From: Candidatus Atabeyarchaeum deiterrae
Lineage (GTDB): Archaea; Asgardarchaeota; Atabeyarchaeia; Atabeyarchaeales; Atabeyarchaeaceae
Direction: 5' to 3'
Length of the DNA stretch: 64,000 nucleotides
Assembly: GCA_037310415.1 (NCBI GenBank)
Contig: CP147780.1
Span: 1,536,001-1,600,000 of the forward strand
Part shown: positions 1-10,940 of the stretch, piece after piece
Position numbering within the stretch: position 1 is the stretch's first letter
How the letters are laid out: each line of letters starts with the position of its first letter
Notes under the pieces: generated by a model
The model's database searches: none
Seen by the model: the letters and a program-made list of their open reading frames with translations, nothing else
What the model was told of the DNA's origin: nothing
Translations under genes and position numbers: made by a program

Positions 1-225
1 TCTACCGAGTGCTTCCTTGTACTCCTGCTCTGTTACGGCAATCGAAATGTTGTGCAAAACCTGAACTGTGGACTGAATGTCACTAACAGGCTCTTCAACA
101 AAGTTCCTAATCTCTTCAATACTAACAAACTGCTCAACCATAGCCGCATCAAAAAGTAGATGAGACACCGTTAGAACAAGTCCTTTGCCTTTCATCTCCC
201 TGATTCCACCCTTGGAACCCCTCAT
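1..225 (-). CDS. Hypothetical protein, 5' part only (runs off the window start)
   Basis: Minus-strand frame is open from ATG 225 (alternative ATG 195) to position 1: MRGSKGGIREMKGKGLVLTVSHLLFDAAMVEQFVSIEEIRNFVEEPV...; not listed in the ORF track because it is truncated. Confidence 0.55.
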   Translation of the reverse strand, partial: MRGSKGGIREMKGKGLVLTVSHLLFDAAMVEQFVSIEEIRNFVEEPVSDIQSTVQVLHNISIAVTEQEYKEALGR

Positions 226-628
226 CGCATCACAAGTTTCTGAACATAAGACAGTACCGCGCCAGATGATTCAACAATGTGCCGTCAGATCCTTAGAGCA
301 TTGAAAGTAAATAAACTTGAAGGCATGTAGATCTTACCACTTGAAAAAGCAGAGGCCTCGCTTGAACTGACTACGTTCATTTAATTCAAAGCGAAGCGCG
401 AGACAGGAAAGGCGGATTACCTCTGCGTTCCTACTTGTTTCTCTTCTTGGCAGAGATTGGTTCATGAAAGTTCGGAATCAGAGACAATAAATACTGTTTC
501 TTGAGGAACTCTCTTCAGCAACTCCACCACTTCTTTTATTAAGGTCAATGCCTCCAAACGTAGTACGTGCGCATCCAGGCGCGACTCATCAACCGGTGCA
601 GAGACTGCCTCATCGGAGAAGAGACATC

Positions 629-1246
629 ATGCAGGCAACAATACTAAGAACGAAGAAGGGAAGACTCTACCTGCTATTCCTCACTATCGCTGGCGCTCTC
701 TTAGTTCTCGCTCCGTTCTTAGCTTGGCTCTATTATGATGTCGAATGCGAAAACGGAGGATTTCTGTCAAACGTTTCTGTCATCGTGACAGGATTCGGTT
801 CATTGACAACTTCGAACCCAATTATTGGAGTCACATATGTTTTCCCTCCCCTTCAAGGCTGGTGGTACGGCGATCTCACCATGATTGTCGGGGCACTAGT
901 CGTCGTCGACTCACTGCTGGTTTTGTACAGGCCAGAGACAGCGGGGTTGATAGCGTTTCTACTTAGCTTCATCAACATACCCACATCTTTGTTTTTCTTG
1001 GGCCGATTAGGAGAGATTGAGGTCATGGTCTTAAACTTCGTTTCAGCGATACAAGGCGCCGGATACGCCATAGTGGGCACCGCCTCTGGCTATGCCATTG
1101 GCTTCTATCTTGAAGTCATCGGGACTTTCCTGCTACCCATTGCGAGCGTCTTCATTACAACAAACGCCGCTAAGCTAAAACAAGCGGCGGAGAAAGAAGA
1201 AGACAAAAGGAAGAAACTTGCAGAACAGAAGACTCTTCTGGAATAG
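629..1246 (+). CDS. Hypothetical multi-pass membrane protein
   Basis: About 4-5 hydrophobic segments and a charged C-tail; likely start ATG 629 (MQATIL) after GGAGA, ORF track start 548. Confidence 0.7.
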   Translation: MQATILRTKKGRLYLLFLTIAGALLVLAPFLAWLYYDVECENGGFLSNVSVIVTGFGSLTTSNPIIGVTYVFPPLQGWWYGDLTMIVGALVVVDSLLVLYRPETAGLIAFLLSFINIPTSLFFLGRLGEIEVMVLNFVSAIQGAGYAIVGTASGYAIGFYLEVIGTFLLPIASVFITTNAAKLKQAAEKEEDKRKKLAEQKTLLE

Positions 1247-1421
1247 TTGGATACTCTGATTGTTCTTATCTCTTGTATTTATCTCCAGATAGCTGTGTCA
1301 AAGCAGTACTCTGCCGAGAACAAAACTAGGTCCAATTGGAGTGAGAGCACGCTTGCGCGCAATAGACCTGTTAAAGAACCAAAAAAAGGAAGAAGGTTGA
1401 AGTGGCTTATTCTTTCGGCTT

Positions 1422-1799
1422 CTATTTGCCCATGTATCCTAGCAGACCACCGAGAATCGACAATATGCTGCCGACCCAATAGAAGTCAGCGCCGATGAAG
1501 CCGATGAAGGTGCCGACGAGGTTGAGCAATCCGAATACTAGAATGATGATGCCAAACATCTTGTTCTTCTTAGTATACATGAAGATGCTCAAGAGTAGTA
1601 TCAAGATTCCCCAGACCAGCGCGATGTATCCACCGATTAGATATGGACCAAGTAACGCGAGAAGCGCAGGTGCGTACGCCAAGAGTATTGCCAAAGCAGG
1701 GTATGTGATTAATGCATATAGTGCGCCGGCTGCTAGTATGATGATGCCACCGATCAAACTAAGTATGAATCCTATTACTGGCTTTGCGCCTTTAGACAT
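1422..1799 (-). CDS. Small membrane protein (Gly-rich, about 4 TM helices)
   Basis: GFILSLIGGIIIL...GSILSILGGLLG; ATG 1799 preceded by GGTGAGG. Confidence 0.75.
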   Translation of the reverse strand: MSKGAKPVIGFILSLIGGIIILAAGALYALITYPALAILLAYAPALLALLGPYLIGGYIALVWGILILLLSIFMYTKKNKMFGIIILVFGLLNLVGTFIGFIGADFYWVGSILSILGGLLGYMGK

Positions 1800-2125
1800 G
1801 TCTTCCTCACCTATTGTTTTGTTTTCATTATAGTCCAAGGACTCAGCGACCCATTGTCACCTAGACCTTGGCTTAAGCAAGCTAATGGTCGTGCTGATAT
1901 TTAAGGTTGATTCTTCTCCCTTACGAACTGCGTGGACAATTATCGCCCTCCATCTAGCAAAAGGACTGAAGGTTGCGAAATCTAAGTACAATCAGAGGCA
2001 AATGTGAAAGAATTGGCAATTCTTGGAAGCTTTGACTGTAAAAATGGCTTGTAGATTTAAATACTCTCTAGAAGAAACCCACTATTAAAGAAGAATGCTC
2101 GTTGGTCAGTGCCTTGGCTCTCAGT

Positions 2126-3250
2126 CTACTCTAACTGCAGTTTGCCGTTTCCTATGATCGGTTTCCCATCGATTTCAAGCGTCGCCTTGCTTAGCTCCCC
2201 GATTATCCCGTAGGATGACTTGTTTTTTCCTCCAATGGCTTCATTATCTCCGACGCCTATTGCTACTGCTCCCTCGACGATGTTGTTCATCATGTAGCCA
2301 TACTCTGCTTTGGGGTTCAACCCTATTCCTAATAATGCTATCCTGTCTTTGTCTCCTGAAGCTTTTCCTAGCGTGTCTGAGAGTGGCTCAAGGTTCTTCT
2401 TAGCTGTCATTGAAGTTATCTTTCCTTTCTCAAAGTCCCACTCCAAACCCTCGACGTTTACTCCAAGTGTTTGGATCGGAAGGTCGAAGATCACTTTTCC
2501 ATCTCCACCTGTCTCAACCACAGTAGTCTCGATGAAACCAGCTGGCAATTGAGCGTCAAGGGACTTTCTGGCTATGTCATTTTCATCAATCATGCCATCG
2601 TCGATGTGCACAGGTCTCCCGACCAGTTCTAGAGTCAGACCTGTTCCATTTGCAGCGGTTATCTGCACTTTGTGCCCTTGCTCAAGGATCGATGAGAGTT
2701 CACGTCCCACCTTAGATATCTTCTTCAAGTCGGCCGTGATTGCGTCTTCCATGACATTCTTCCAAGTTCCAAATTTGAATCCATAAGTCTTGGCTCTCTG
2801 AGGTGTCACCAACCCTAACAGGAGATTGGCGCTTCTGATCTTCCTCTCCAAGCTTCTCGGGAAGTGTGCTTTTCTCTCTCCCTCAAACCAAGCCGTGAAC
2901 TTCGATGAAGAGATCTTCTTCAAGAACTCGGGGTTCTCAGGACCGGACAGGTTGACCTGAGCTGTGACCGTCTCTGTGAAAGCTTGACATACCTTCGAGG
3001 GTTCCCTTAGACTCTTCTCCGAGAGTTCCTCCAACAACGAATAGTAGTAGTCATCAGTCCACAAATTAAGCAGGACATCTGCGCCTTGCTTGAAGCATTC
3101 CTTGGAAATGGCGTTGGCGGCATCAATCGTGTGAGGCCAGGTCGTAATAGATACTATGTCACTTGAGTCAATCCTCAACGTGTCATTGACTACTAGCTTG
3201 GCAAGTCTTTCGAACAACGGTTCCTCATCCTCCGTGAGATAGGAAATCAA
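2126..3250 (-). CDS. Aminopeptidase, M29 (thermophilic metalloprotease/AmpS-like) family
   Basis: DDG...QLPAGFIET, IALLGIGLNP, AIGVGDNEAIGGKNKS, ATLEIDGK; several canonical metal ligands look substituted (LPAGF vs LPxGE). Confidence 0.8.
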   Translation of the reverse strand: MISYLTEDEEPLFERLAKLVVNDTLRIDSSDIVSITTWPHTIDAANAISKECFKQGADVLLNLWTDDYYYSLLEELSEKSLREPSKVCQAFTETVTAQVNLSGPENPEFLKKISSSKFTAWFEGERKAHFPRSLERKIRSANLLLGLVTPQRAKTYGFKFGTWKNVMEDAITADLKKISKVGRELSSILEQGHKVQITAANGTGLTLELVGRPVHIDDGMIDENDIARKSLDAQLPAGFIETTVVETGGDGKVIFDLPIQTLGVNVEGLEWDFEKGKITSMTAKKNLEPLSDTLGKASGDKDRIALLGIGLNPKAEYGYMMNNIVEGAVAIGVGDNEAIGGKNKSSYGIIGELSKATLEIDGKPIIGNGKLQLE

Positions 3251-3683
3251 CCACCTTACTTATAAACCTAACATTGATGGTAATAGATTACGTTCTAGGA
3301 CTATTTCAATGCTTTCAGATTCCTTGTGGCAACTTTCTACCAAGACGATCAGCCTTCAACTACCATTCGTGCCAAGACGGGAAGCGATACCACTTTTGTT
3401 CTTGCTTGCACAATGGGATTGAGGGAATCTGATGCTCTTGGATTGGTTATACAAAAGTTTGTTTCTGAGCGTTGAAGACGATTGGAAAAGACCAGCAATT
3501 CAGATCATGCGACTCGAACATGCGAATGTTAGAGAATGGATGTCGTTTTGCGAATTTCGTTGCAGACTTTAGCGAACGACTACGCAAAATTGAGTTTTCT
3601 CAGAAACTATAAATAGACGAAAAAGGCAAGGGGGGAGGGGGGACATTCGCCTTGTCCCCTTCGAACATCGCCATTCAGAAAGA

Positions 3684-4343
3684 TTGAAGTCAGATCGCGC
3701 GTTCCGTGGTGTTGACTACCAGATGTTGAGCAGAAGTGAAACCGAGAGGCCTCCCGAATTGGAGGAACTCAAGCTCGCAGTGAAGAAACTGAATGAAATC
3801 TATCAGAGAATCAACGCTATCATCCACAGAAGGCAGAAATCTTACATCCTGAGTCCCCTCTCCAAGGAAGAAAATGGGCTGGAAAACATTGAAAGGAAAG
3901 TCCAAAACTTCGGCGAAGCCCTTATGAGCTTCCTCAGGCTAAGAAAGCAAGTTAGAAAAAAAACTAGAGTTTTTACTGAAGGTCTCAGGAACCTTCAAGA
4001 AGCACGAGATGCCAATGAGATCTCCACTCTAATGGGACTAACACTCCTTTCAGACCACTTGGAGTACCGTTACGCCTCAGATAAGCTCATGATGTACTAC
4101 CAGAAAGAACTCAGCCCTTTGATGCCCGAAATAGTCAATACGATGGCGTTGGCTGGGCAAATAAACGAATTTGGCAAGTGGATGGCCGAGTTATCTGACA
4201 AGGATCCCAAGACAGGAGAAGACGACTTGACGAGAATGATACTAGCCATCAGGGATCGCGATGTCGGCAGATTCAATTCACTCTATGATAAACTGGAGCG
4301 GAAAGTTGAGGTTGAAGAAAGAAAAGCTGAGGAAACGCCTTGA
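3684..4343 (+). CDS. Hypothetical all-helical/coiled-coil protein
   Basis: 219-aa ORF with long amphipathic helices; TATA-like TATAAATA at 3608-3615. Confidence 0.7.
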   Translation: MKSDRAFRGVDYQMLSRSETERPPELEELKLAVKKLNEIYQRINAIIHRRQKSYILSPLSKEENGLENIERKVQNFGEALMSFLRLRKQVRKKTRVFTEGLRNLQEARDANEISTLMGLTLLSDHLEYRYASDKLMMYYQKELSPLMPEIVNTMALAGQINEFGKWMAELSDKDPKTGEDDLTRMILAIRDRDVGRFNSLYDKLERKVEVEERKAEETP

Positions 4344-4543
4344 TATCCCTCTTACGGTGAGTCGATCGATGTGCGTCCCCACCGTCAAAGAGGGGCGAAT
4401 CTTCGGCCCAGGTTGTTTTTGAGTTACTCCCTGAAGCTGACTGGTGAGTTGCTGTAACATGTATCCTCTATGACTAATTATATATTGGAATACACTCTTA
4501 TACAAGAAAACACATTCGTCTCTGAAAGTGTTCTTGTTGGAGA

Positions 4544-6469
4544 GTGTGGAGCTCCTTGACTCTTGTGCACCTTTTTGAACCAATAAAAATGGGTAACCTA
4601 ATCGTTAAGAATAGGATTGTCATGCCCACCATTACGACAGGCTTCTCGATCGGTCCAGTCACTGATCAACTCAGGAACTATTTTGTCGAGAGAGCCAAGG
4701 GTGGAGTGGGAATGATATTCGTGGGCATCTCAGGGATTGAGAAAGAACTGAAGTACAGCGTAGATATCTCGACAGATGATACCATCCCAGGTATGCGTGA
4801 CTTATCAAGGGCAATTAAGGCTGCAGGGGCACGTGCAGCAGTACAACTCTGGCATCCTGGGCGTTATGAGTTCACTTGGATAACTGGGAGGAAGCCCGTC
4901 TCAGCATCAGACGTACCTTCCAGTTTGGCGGGAACTGAGAAACCCAGACCTTTGACTATTCCGGAGATTGAGAAGATTGAAGATGAGTATGCTCAGGCAG
5001 CGTTGCGCGCCAAGAAAGCTGAGTTTGATGCGGCTGAATTCATAGGTTCGGCAGGTTATCTGATAAGTCAGTTTCTCTCGCCTGTCACCAATAAGAGGAC
5101 GGATGGTTATGGAGGGCGATTGGAGAACCGAGTTAGGTTTCCGCTCGAAATAGTTGATCGGGCAAGGCAACTTGTCGGAGAATCATACCCAATTACCTTC
5201 AGACTCAGCGGAGACGAACTTATACCTGGTGGCAACGGACTCGAGGAGACAAAGATCATAGCGAAGAAGCTTGAAGACGCTGGGGTGGTAGCTTTCAACA
5301 TTACTGCTGGTTGGCATGAATCACGAATTCCAATGATAACAATGGATGTACCGAGGGGAGGCTATGTTTACTTGGCTGAGGGCGTCAAGAAAGTCCTCAG
5401 TAATGCCAAGGTGATGGCTAGCAATAGGATCAATGATCCAATGCTGGCTGACAGGATAATAGGCGAGGGGAAAGCCGATATGGTCTCAATGGGGAGACCA
5501 CTACTAGCCGACCCAGAGCTTCCAAACAAGGCTCGGGAAGGACGGTTCGAGGACATAAGAATGTGCACGGCTTGTAACCAAGGTTGCTTCGATCACATAT
5601 TCCAAGCTTCACCGATAACTTGTATGGTTAATCCCTTGGTAGGCAAAGAAGGGAAGATCAAAATTGAATCTGCAAAGGAAAAGAAGAAAGTTGTCGTTGT
5701 GGGAGGAGGACCAGGTGGCCTAGAAGCTGCATTGATTGCCGCCAAGAGAGGACACAGCGTAGTCCTATTCGAGAGGAGTGATAAGCTTGGTGGGCAGCTT
5801 AACCTCGCGTCGGTCTCACCGTGCAAAGAGGAACTAGGCACCATAGCTCCCTATCTCTCAACACAAATCAGGAAACTGGGCGTCAGAGTTGAGCTTGGCA
5901 AAGAGGCGACCCTTGAAACCTTGTCCAAGGAGAAGCCAGATGCAGTAATAATAGCGACTGGGGCGCAACCATTGGCGCTCAGCATCCCTGCAGAGAAAGG
6001 ACAATTGATCATTCAGGCATGGGATGTTCTTGCAGGAACTGAATGCAAAGGAGGCAACATAGTGGTAGCCGGGGGCGGAGGAGTTGGTTGTTATACAGCC
6101 CATTACCTCGCAGAGAAGAAAGGTAAGAAAGTCTCGATAATCGAGATGACGGACAAAGTTGCCAGCGACGTGGGCGTATCATCGAAATGGATATTGAGAA
6201 AGCAACTCAAGGACTGCGGAGTGAACTTGTTAACCTCAACGAAACTCGAGCGAATCACGAAGAACGGGGTAGTGGTGAGACGAGGCGACAAAGAGGAGTC
6301 AATAAGCGCCGACTCGGTAGTATTTGCACTTGGAGCAACCCCCAATAACAAACTATACAACGACATCAAAGGCAAGTTCAGCAGAGTCATCGCAATAGGA
6401 GACTGCGTCAAGCCAAGGAAAGCACTGGAAGCGATTCACGAAGGGTTTGAAGCATCCCTCAAAATATGA
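4544..6469 (+). CDS. NADH:flavin oxidoreductase (old yellow enzyme / 2,4-dienoyl-CoA reductase FadH-like)
   Basis: KNRIVMP, QLWHPGR, GYLISQFLSP.TNKRTD.YGG, 4Fe-4S motif CTACNQGC...CMVNP, two Rossmann GxGxxG motifs; start may be TTG 4556. Confidence 0.92.
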   Translation: MWSSLTLVHLFEPIKMGNLIVKNRIVMPTITTGFSIGPVTDQLRNYFVERAKGGVGMIFVGISGIEKELKYSVDISTDDTIPGMRDLSRAIKAAGARAAVQLWHPGRYEFTWITGRKPVSASDVPSSLAGTEKPRPLTIPEIEKIEDEYAQAALRAKKAEFDAAEFIGSAGYLISQFLSPVTNKRTDGYGGRLENRVRFPLEIVDRARQLVGESYPITFRLSGDELIPGGNGLEETKIIAKKLEDAGVVAFNITAGWHESRIPMITMDVPRGGYVYLAEGVKKVLSNAKVMASNRINDPMLADRIIGEGKADMVSMGRPLLADPELPNKAREGRFEDIRMCTACNQGCFDHIFQASPITCMVNPLVGKEGKIKIESAKEKKKVVVVGGGPGGLEAALIAAKRGHSVVLFERSDKLGGQLNLASVSPCKEELGTIAPYLSTQIRKLGVRVELGKEATLETLSKEKPDAVIIATGAQPLALSIPAEKGQLIIQAWDVLAGTECKGGNIVVAGGGGVGCYTAHYLAEKKGKKVSIIEMTDKVASDVGVSSKWILRKQLKDCGVNLLTSTKLERITKNGVVVRRGDKEESISADSVVFALGATPNNKLYNDIKGKFSRVIAIGDCVKPRKALEAIHEGFEASLKI

Positions 6470-6705
6470 AAGCCCCATACTTGTTTTCCTGCGGCTTGTT
6501 TAGTCTCGTTACCCTGACGCTCAGCGGGGCCCAGCATTGCGGTTAATCCCAGAGCAGATTGAAGAGTTTGTATGCTCACTGGACTGCTTCTGATGCAGTC
6601 GAGACTCTAAGGCGCGACGTCGCTTCGAAAGAATGGCGTGCGAACCAAACAGTGAAGTCTTCTCTGGATGTCCTCTGTTCGTATGAATGTCGCTTTTTGA
6701 CGTCG

Positions 6706-7749
6706 CTACTTGGTTTTGATGATCATCCCTGTGCTTGGGCAGATGCCTTCCAATCTCCTAATCCTATTGCCAAGAATTAAGTCAAATCTTCGGAATCTGC
6801 TGGGCAAGCCCTCAGACCTTCGCAGGTCTCTCCCGTTTTGAAGCTGATAATGTATGTGTGGGGAGCCACTGTCACCCGAATTCCCTATCGCACCGATCGT
6901 TTCTCCTTCTACAACTCTGTCACCTGCTTTGGCGCGGACAGAGTCTTTCTGCATGTGAGCCACCACGCTAAACTCATCGTTGCCATGATCGATAATGACA
7001 TGGTTGCCAACATGTCTCTCCATTGCAGCATCAGGATTCCTTATGTGGGTTTCTTCATCAAACGGTGGGGGTTCATACAATGGGTTGTCGGGCACTTCAC
7101 TAGCAACGCTAGATATTCTTCCTTCTCCGGGGCATAGGACTGGCTTTCCCCAACAGAAGAAATCCTCATTTCTGCGAGGAGTATTCTTGAACATTTTGAA
7201 CTCATTATCCAGAAGTACAAAATCATAGGCGAACCTTGAATTGTTCCCAGTTATGCCAATCTGCTGGATTAGCGGGTGAGTAAGAGGAAAGTTTAGGCGA
7301 TGATGAGACAGGAAGTTGTGACCATCTGTCACCAAACACGTTCCGCTGAAAGGAAGAATCAAAGCAGCCTTCTGCTCGTAAATCATCGGCTCTACAGAGA
7401 TCTCGGATCTTACATGATCCCCCTTTTCGGTTCTGAAGCAAAAAGAATAGCGAAGTCTGTGAATAGGATAGTCGAGGGGATAGTCAGCCAATGGATTGAA
7501 GATCTCCAATATTCTGCTGGGTAGCAGCTTTCTCTCGAACACAACACTGATTGAGGGAACAATGCCCCAATTATTCAGCGGTAACCTGAATAACAACTGG
7601 TCTTGTTTGTCAAATCCATCTGCTGTTAGTTCTTCAAGCTCCATAACGTCAGTTGAGTCAGTCTGCAGTCTGAACTCAAAGTTCGCTGACTGCCCAAAGA
7701 CTCCTCGTTCCAAGAATATCCGTTCGGGAAAGTGCGTTATCTTGACCAA
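6706..7749 (-). CDS. M23 family metallopeptidase with N-terminal extension
   Basis: FAYDF, GNHVIIDHG, AHMQ..SV...GDRV..G..IG.IGNSG.S..PHIHYQL (HxH motif). Confidence 0.88.
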   Translation of the reverse strand: MVKITHFPERIFLERGVFGQSANFEFRLQTDSTDVMELEELTADGFDKQDQLLFRLPLNNWGIVPSISVVFERKLLPSRILEIFNPLADYPLDYPIHRLRYSFCFRTEKGDHVRSEISVEPMIYEQKAALILPFSGTCLVTDGHNFLSHHRLNFPLTHPLIQQIGITGNNSRFAYDFVLLDNEFKMFKNTPRRNEDFFCWGKPVLCPGEGRISSVASEVPDNPLYEPPPFDEETHIRNPDAAMERHVGNHVIIDHGNDEFSVVAHMQKDSVRAKAGDRVVEGETIGAIGNSGDSGSPHIHYQLQNGRDLRRSEGLPSRFRRFDLILGNRIRRLEGICPSTGMIIKTK

Positions 7750-7925
7750 GCTTATCGCCTAAACATATCTGCTATTTCTTTGCCTAAAAGTGTTTATGGA
7801 GGAAGGCTCTTCGGCAAAGGCGAAAAAGGTCTTTGATAACTCAATCAGGCAAAACCTGCTCCAGGGCGGCGAATATGCACACTCGCGCTTCTAGTGTTTC
7901 TGAATTCCGGGGTTGCTGCTATTAT

Positions 7926-8213
7926 TCAACTGTAGCCAGATCGCTTTATTTCAAATGATGTGAATTCCCCTTTGTATGGTAGCCACTCAACTTCGATGTT
8001 GGTGACATATGCCCCCGGTGGGCCTCTGTTGCACCACTCGACCATTCTCTCGACTTTGTCTTTCTCCCCTTCGACTACCGTCTCAACTCGACCGTCAACA
8101 ACATTTCTAACCCATCCGGTTACCTCCAATCTCCGGGCAACGTTCCAGGCGCTTGCTCTGAAGCCAACTCCTTGAACCTCTCCTTCAATCCAAGCGTGGG
8201 CTCTGGCCTTCAA
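7926..8213 (-). CDS. acyP: Acylphosphatase
   Basis: G.VQGVGFR, GWVRN..DGRVE, GPPGA.V. Confidence 0.95.
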   Translation of the reverse strand: MKARAHAWIEGEVQGVGFRASAWNVARRLEVTGWVRNVVDGRVETVVEGEKDKVERMVEWCNRGPPGAYVTNIEVEWLPYKGEFTSFEIKRSGYS

Positions 8214-8356
8214 TCGAGTCGTCCTCCGAAAGATGACGTCGAAGAGTATGATGATGACCGCCCTATATGGAATTAGGATTCAACGCGTCTTCCTATTTAG
8301 TTTTTATGCTTTGATCCAAATCCCCGACCCAAAAGAAATAGGAAGAAAGCTGGATT

Positions 8357-9040
8357 CTATTTCCTTCGCCCGTACAGCTCCATCAGAATCACAATTATCC
8401 TGATGAAGATGTTTATGAAATCAATGAAGAAGTTCAGAACTGCCATCATCCAACTATCATCGTCAAGTCTTTCTCTTGCCAAGTGTGTATCATATGCTAC
8501 GATGAACGCAAACAACAGAACTACGCCCAGATCCACGGTCACTCTGAACAGTGTTACTTGAACAAAGGCTTGCGCAATAGTCAAGACTATTGCGGCTAGG
8601 AGAAATAGAAAGATCCAGAAGCCCCAATTTGTCAAGTCTTTCTTGGTCGTCCATTCCCATACCATCGCGATGAAGAAAACACCTGCACTTAGCAGAAGCG
8701 CTTCGGGTAAAATCTTTGCGTTGATGAAGTCGGCAAGATAGAAAACTGTACTAAACAAACCAGCTCCGCAAACTAACGCAAACAAGCTTGCTACAACGAA
8801 AGAAGTTCTGTTATGCTTGGACATTGCTATGAAATACGCCGCGAGGGCAAAGACGAAGTAAAGAACTATTACACCAATAGTTGTCCATATGCTTTCGAAT
8901 ACTCCTATCGTCAATTGAGCTATGTATACGCCAAAAGCACCTTGCATGGCTATTTCGACGAGTTTCGCACCAGCGAACATGAGGAAGATCAACCAGAAGA
9001 GAGCTGGCAACACTTTTGCTCTAATTATCCTCGGTTCCAA
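8357..9040 (-). CDS. Bax inhibitor-1 / YccA (TMBIM) family membrane protein
   Basis: About 7 TM helices; C-terminal LFAFIVAYDT...AVLNFFIDFINIF di-Asp signature. Confidence 0.85.
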   Translation of the reverse strand: MEPRIIRAKVLPALFWLIFLMFAGAKLVEIAMQGAFGVYIAQLTIGVFESIWTTIGVIVLYFVFALAAYFIAMSKHNRTSFVVASLFALVCGAGLFSTVFYLADFINAKILPEALLLSAGVFFIAMVWEWTTKKDLTNWGFWIFLFLLAAIVLTIAQAFVQVTLFRVTVDLGVVLLFAFIVAYDTHLARERLDDDSWMMAVLNFFIDFINIFIRIIVILMELYGRRK

Positions 9041-9101
9041 CTCGACTCATCACTCCAGAGCGTTCCAATGCTGGCTCGTCTAGCCTTTTAGATTGAGTTA
9101 A

Positions 9102-10847
9102 ATGGGAATGCAACTATTGAAAAGTGTTGTGGTGGATTGTTGGTTGTCTGACCAAACGTCCTTCTCAGATCTCTGCAATGTGATGGAGAAACTAGAGTCT
9201 ACAAAGAAGAGAACTGAGATGATCTTGGAGGTGGCCGCTCTCCTCACTCGTCTCCATCCAGAAGAGTTGATGTCGACAACACTTTTCCTCACAGGAAAGA
9301 TATTTCCTGGGTGGGATGCGAGGACTCTAGAGGTTAGTGGAGCAACACTATGGAGAGTTATTCAGAGAGCAACATCAGCGAAGCCAGAGGAACTCGGTAA
9401 AGCTTTTGATGAAACCGGAGACCTTGGAGATGCTGTTAAGACAACTCTATTGAAGCGGCTGAACACACAGAAGCAAGACACTCTTGTCTCTGGTGCTCCG
9501 CTGACTATCTTGGAGGTTAAGCAGCAGCTTGATGAACTAGCCAAAGTCACTGGTGAGGGCTCCAGAAGAAGAAAGGAAAGAATCGTTGAAGGTCTGCTTG
9601 CAAAGGCTTCTCCTGTGGAAGCGAAGTTTATTGTCCGAATGGTTCTTGGTGAAATGAGAACAGGTTTCCAGGAGGGTCTTCTCGCCGAAGCAGTTTCAAA
9701 GGCTTTCGGTGTTTCCAGTGACTTGGTGAGAAGGGCAACGATGGTTACTGGCGACATGGGAGTCGTGACTGAAGCTGCCATGACAGGCGGCGAGCGCGCA
9801 GTAACAGGACTGAAGTTGGAACCCTTCAGAGTAGTCAAACCGATGTTAGCAGCGGTTTCTTCAGGCGTTGAGGAAGCGCTGGAAGAGCATGATGGAACTT
9901 CTGCATTCGAATACAAACTTGACGGAGCTAGACTACAAATACACTTCTTGAATGGCGAAGTGAAAATATGGAGCAGAAGATTGACCGAGGTCACAGAGAG
10001 CCTACCTGAGATCGTCAAGTTGGTTCAAACGAAGGTGAAAGCGAAGTCGGTAATACTCGAGGGAGAGGTCGTCGCAGTTGGTCAGGATGGAAAGCCTTTA
10101 CCTTTTCAGCATTTGATGAGAAGGTTCCGAAGGAGACACGAGGTCAACAGACTCATTCAAGAGGTACCTACCAGACTCTACCTTTTCGACGTCCTGTATG
10201 TCGACGGTGAGAGCCTTGTAGACAAATCCTATAGTGAAAGGCGAGAGAAACTCTCAGATGTTGCCGATGGGATACAGTTGGTGAATCGCATTATCACGAG
10301 CGATATGGAAGTTGCCAAGCAGTTCCTTGGCGAGGCGCTAAGACTTGGTCATGAAGGCCTGGTTGCGAAAAGCTTAGGTGGGAGATACACACCTGGCACA
10401 AGAGGCAAAAAGTGGCTGAAAATAAAGCAGGTCATGGAGCCCTTAGATCTCGTCATCACAGAAGCTGAGTATGGTTATGGAAGAAGACATGAGTGGTTGT
10501 CTGACTATACTCTCTCAGCCCGCGACGAGGAGACGGAGACTTTTTTCCCAATAGGCAAGACCTTCAAGGGACTCACAGACGAAGAGATAAAGGATATGAC
10601 CCGACGACTAAAATCACTGATGATAACTAAGCACGGAAGAAGAGTCATCGTCAAACCCGAAATCGTAGTTGAAACAATCTTTAACGAGATACAGGACAGT
10701 CCAAAGTACGAGAGCGGCATGGCTCTTCGCTTCGCCAGAATAACTCGGATCAGACTCGACAAATCTGCCAGAGAATCAGACACATTGGAAAGAGTAAGGG
10801 ATCTCTATAAGAAACAATTTGCCTACAAAGCTTCTCCGCAATTCTGA
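9102..10847 (+). CDS. lig: ATP-dependent DNA ligase (archaeal type)
   Basis: KPMLA, adenylation motif EYKLDGAR, EGEVV, FDVLY, EGLVAK, WLKIK, ALRFARI..IR.DK. Confidence 0.97.
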   Translation: MGMQLLKSVVVDCWLSDQTSFSDLCNVMEKLESTKKRTEMILEVAALLTRLHPEELMSTTLFLTGKIFPGWDARTLEVSGATLWRVIQRATSAKPEELGKAFDETGDLGDAVKTTLLKRLNTQKQDTLVSGAPLTILEVKQQLDELAKVTGEGSRRRKERIVEGLLAKASPVEAKFIVRMVLGEMRTGFQEGLLAEAVSKAFGVSSDLVRRATMVTGDMGVVTEAAMTGGERAVTGLKLEPFRVVKPMLAAVSSGVEEALEEHDGTSAFEYKLDGARLQIHFLNGEVKIWSRRLTEVTESLPEIVKLVQTKVKAKSVILEGEVVAVGQDGKPLPFQHLMRRFRRRHEVNRLIQEVPTRLYLFDVLYVDGESLVDKSYSERREKLSDVADGIQLVNRIITSDMEVAKQFLGEALRLGHEGLVAKSLGGRYTPGTRGKKWLKIKQVMEPLDLVITEAEYGYGRRHEWLSDYTLSARDEETETFFPIGKTFKGLTDEEIKDMTRRLKSLMITKHGRRVIVKPEIVVETIFNEIQDSPKYESGMALRFARITRIRLDKSARESDTLERVRDLYKKQFAYKASPQF

Positions 10848-10940
10848 GAAGAAAACGCAACCTTAAAGTGCGGGAATCAACAGAAAGACACCAACAAATC
10901 GTAACGGCTTCAGAATATAACAATAGCAGGAGTCTAGACA

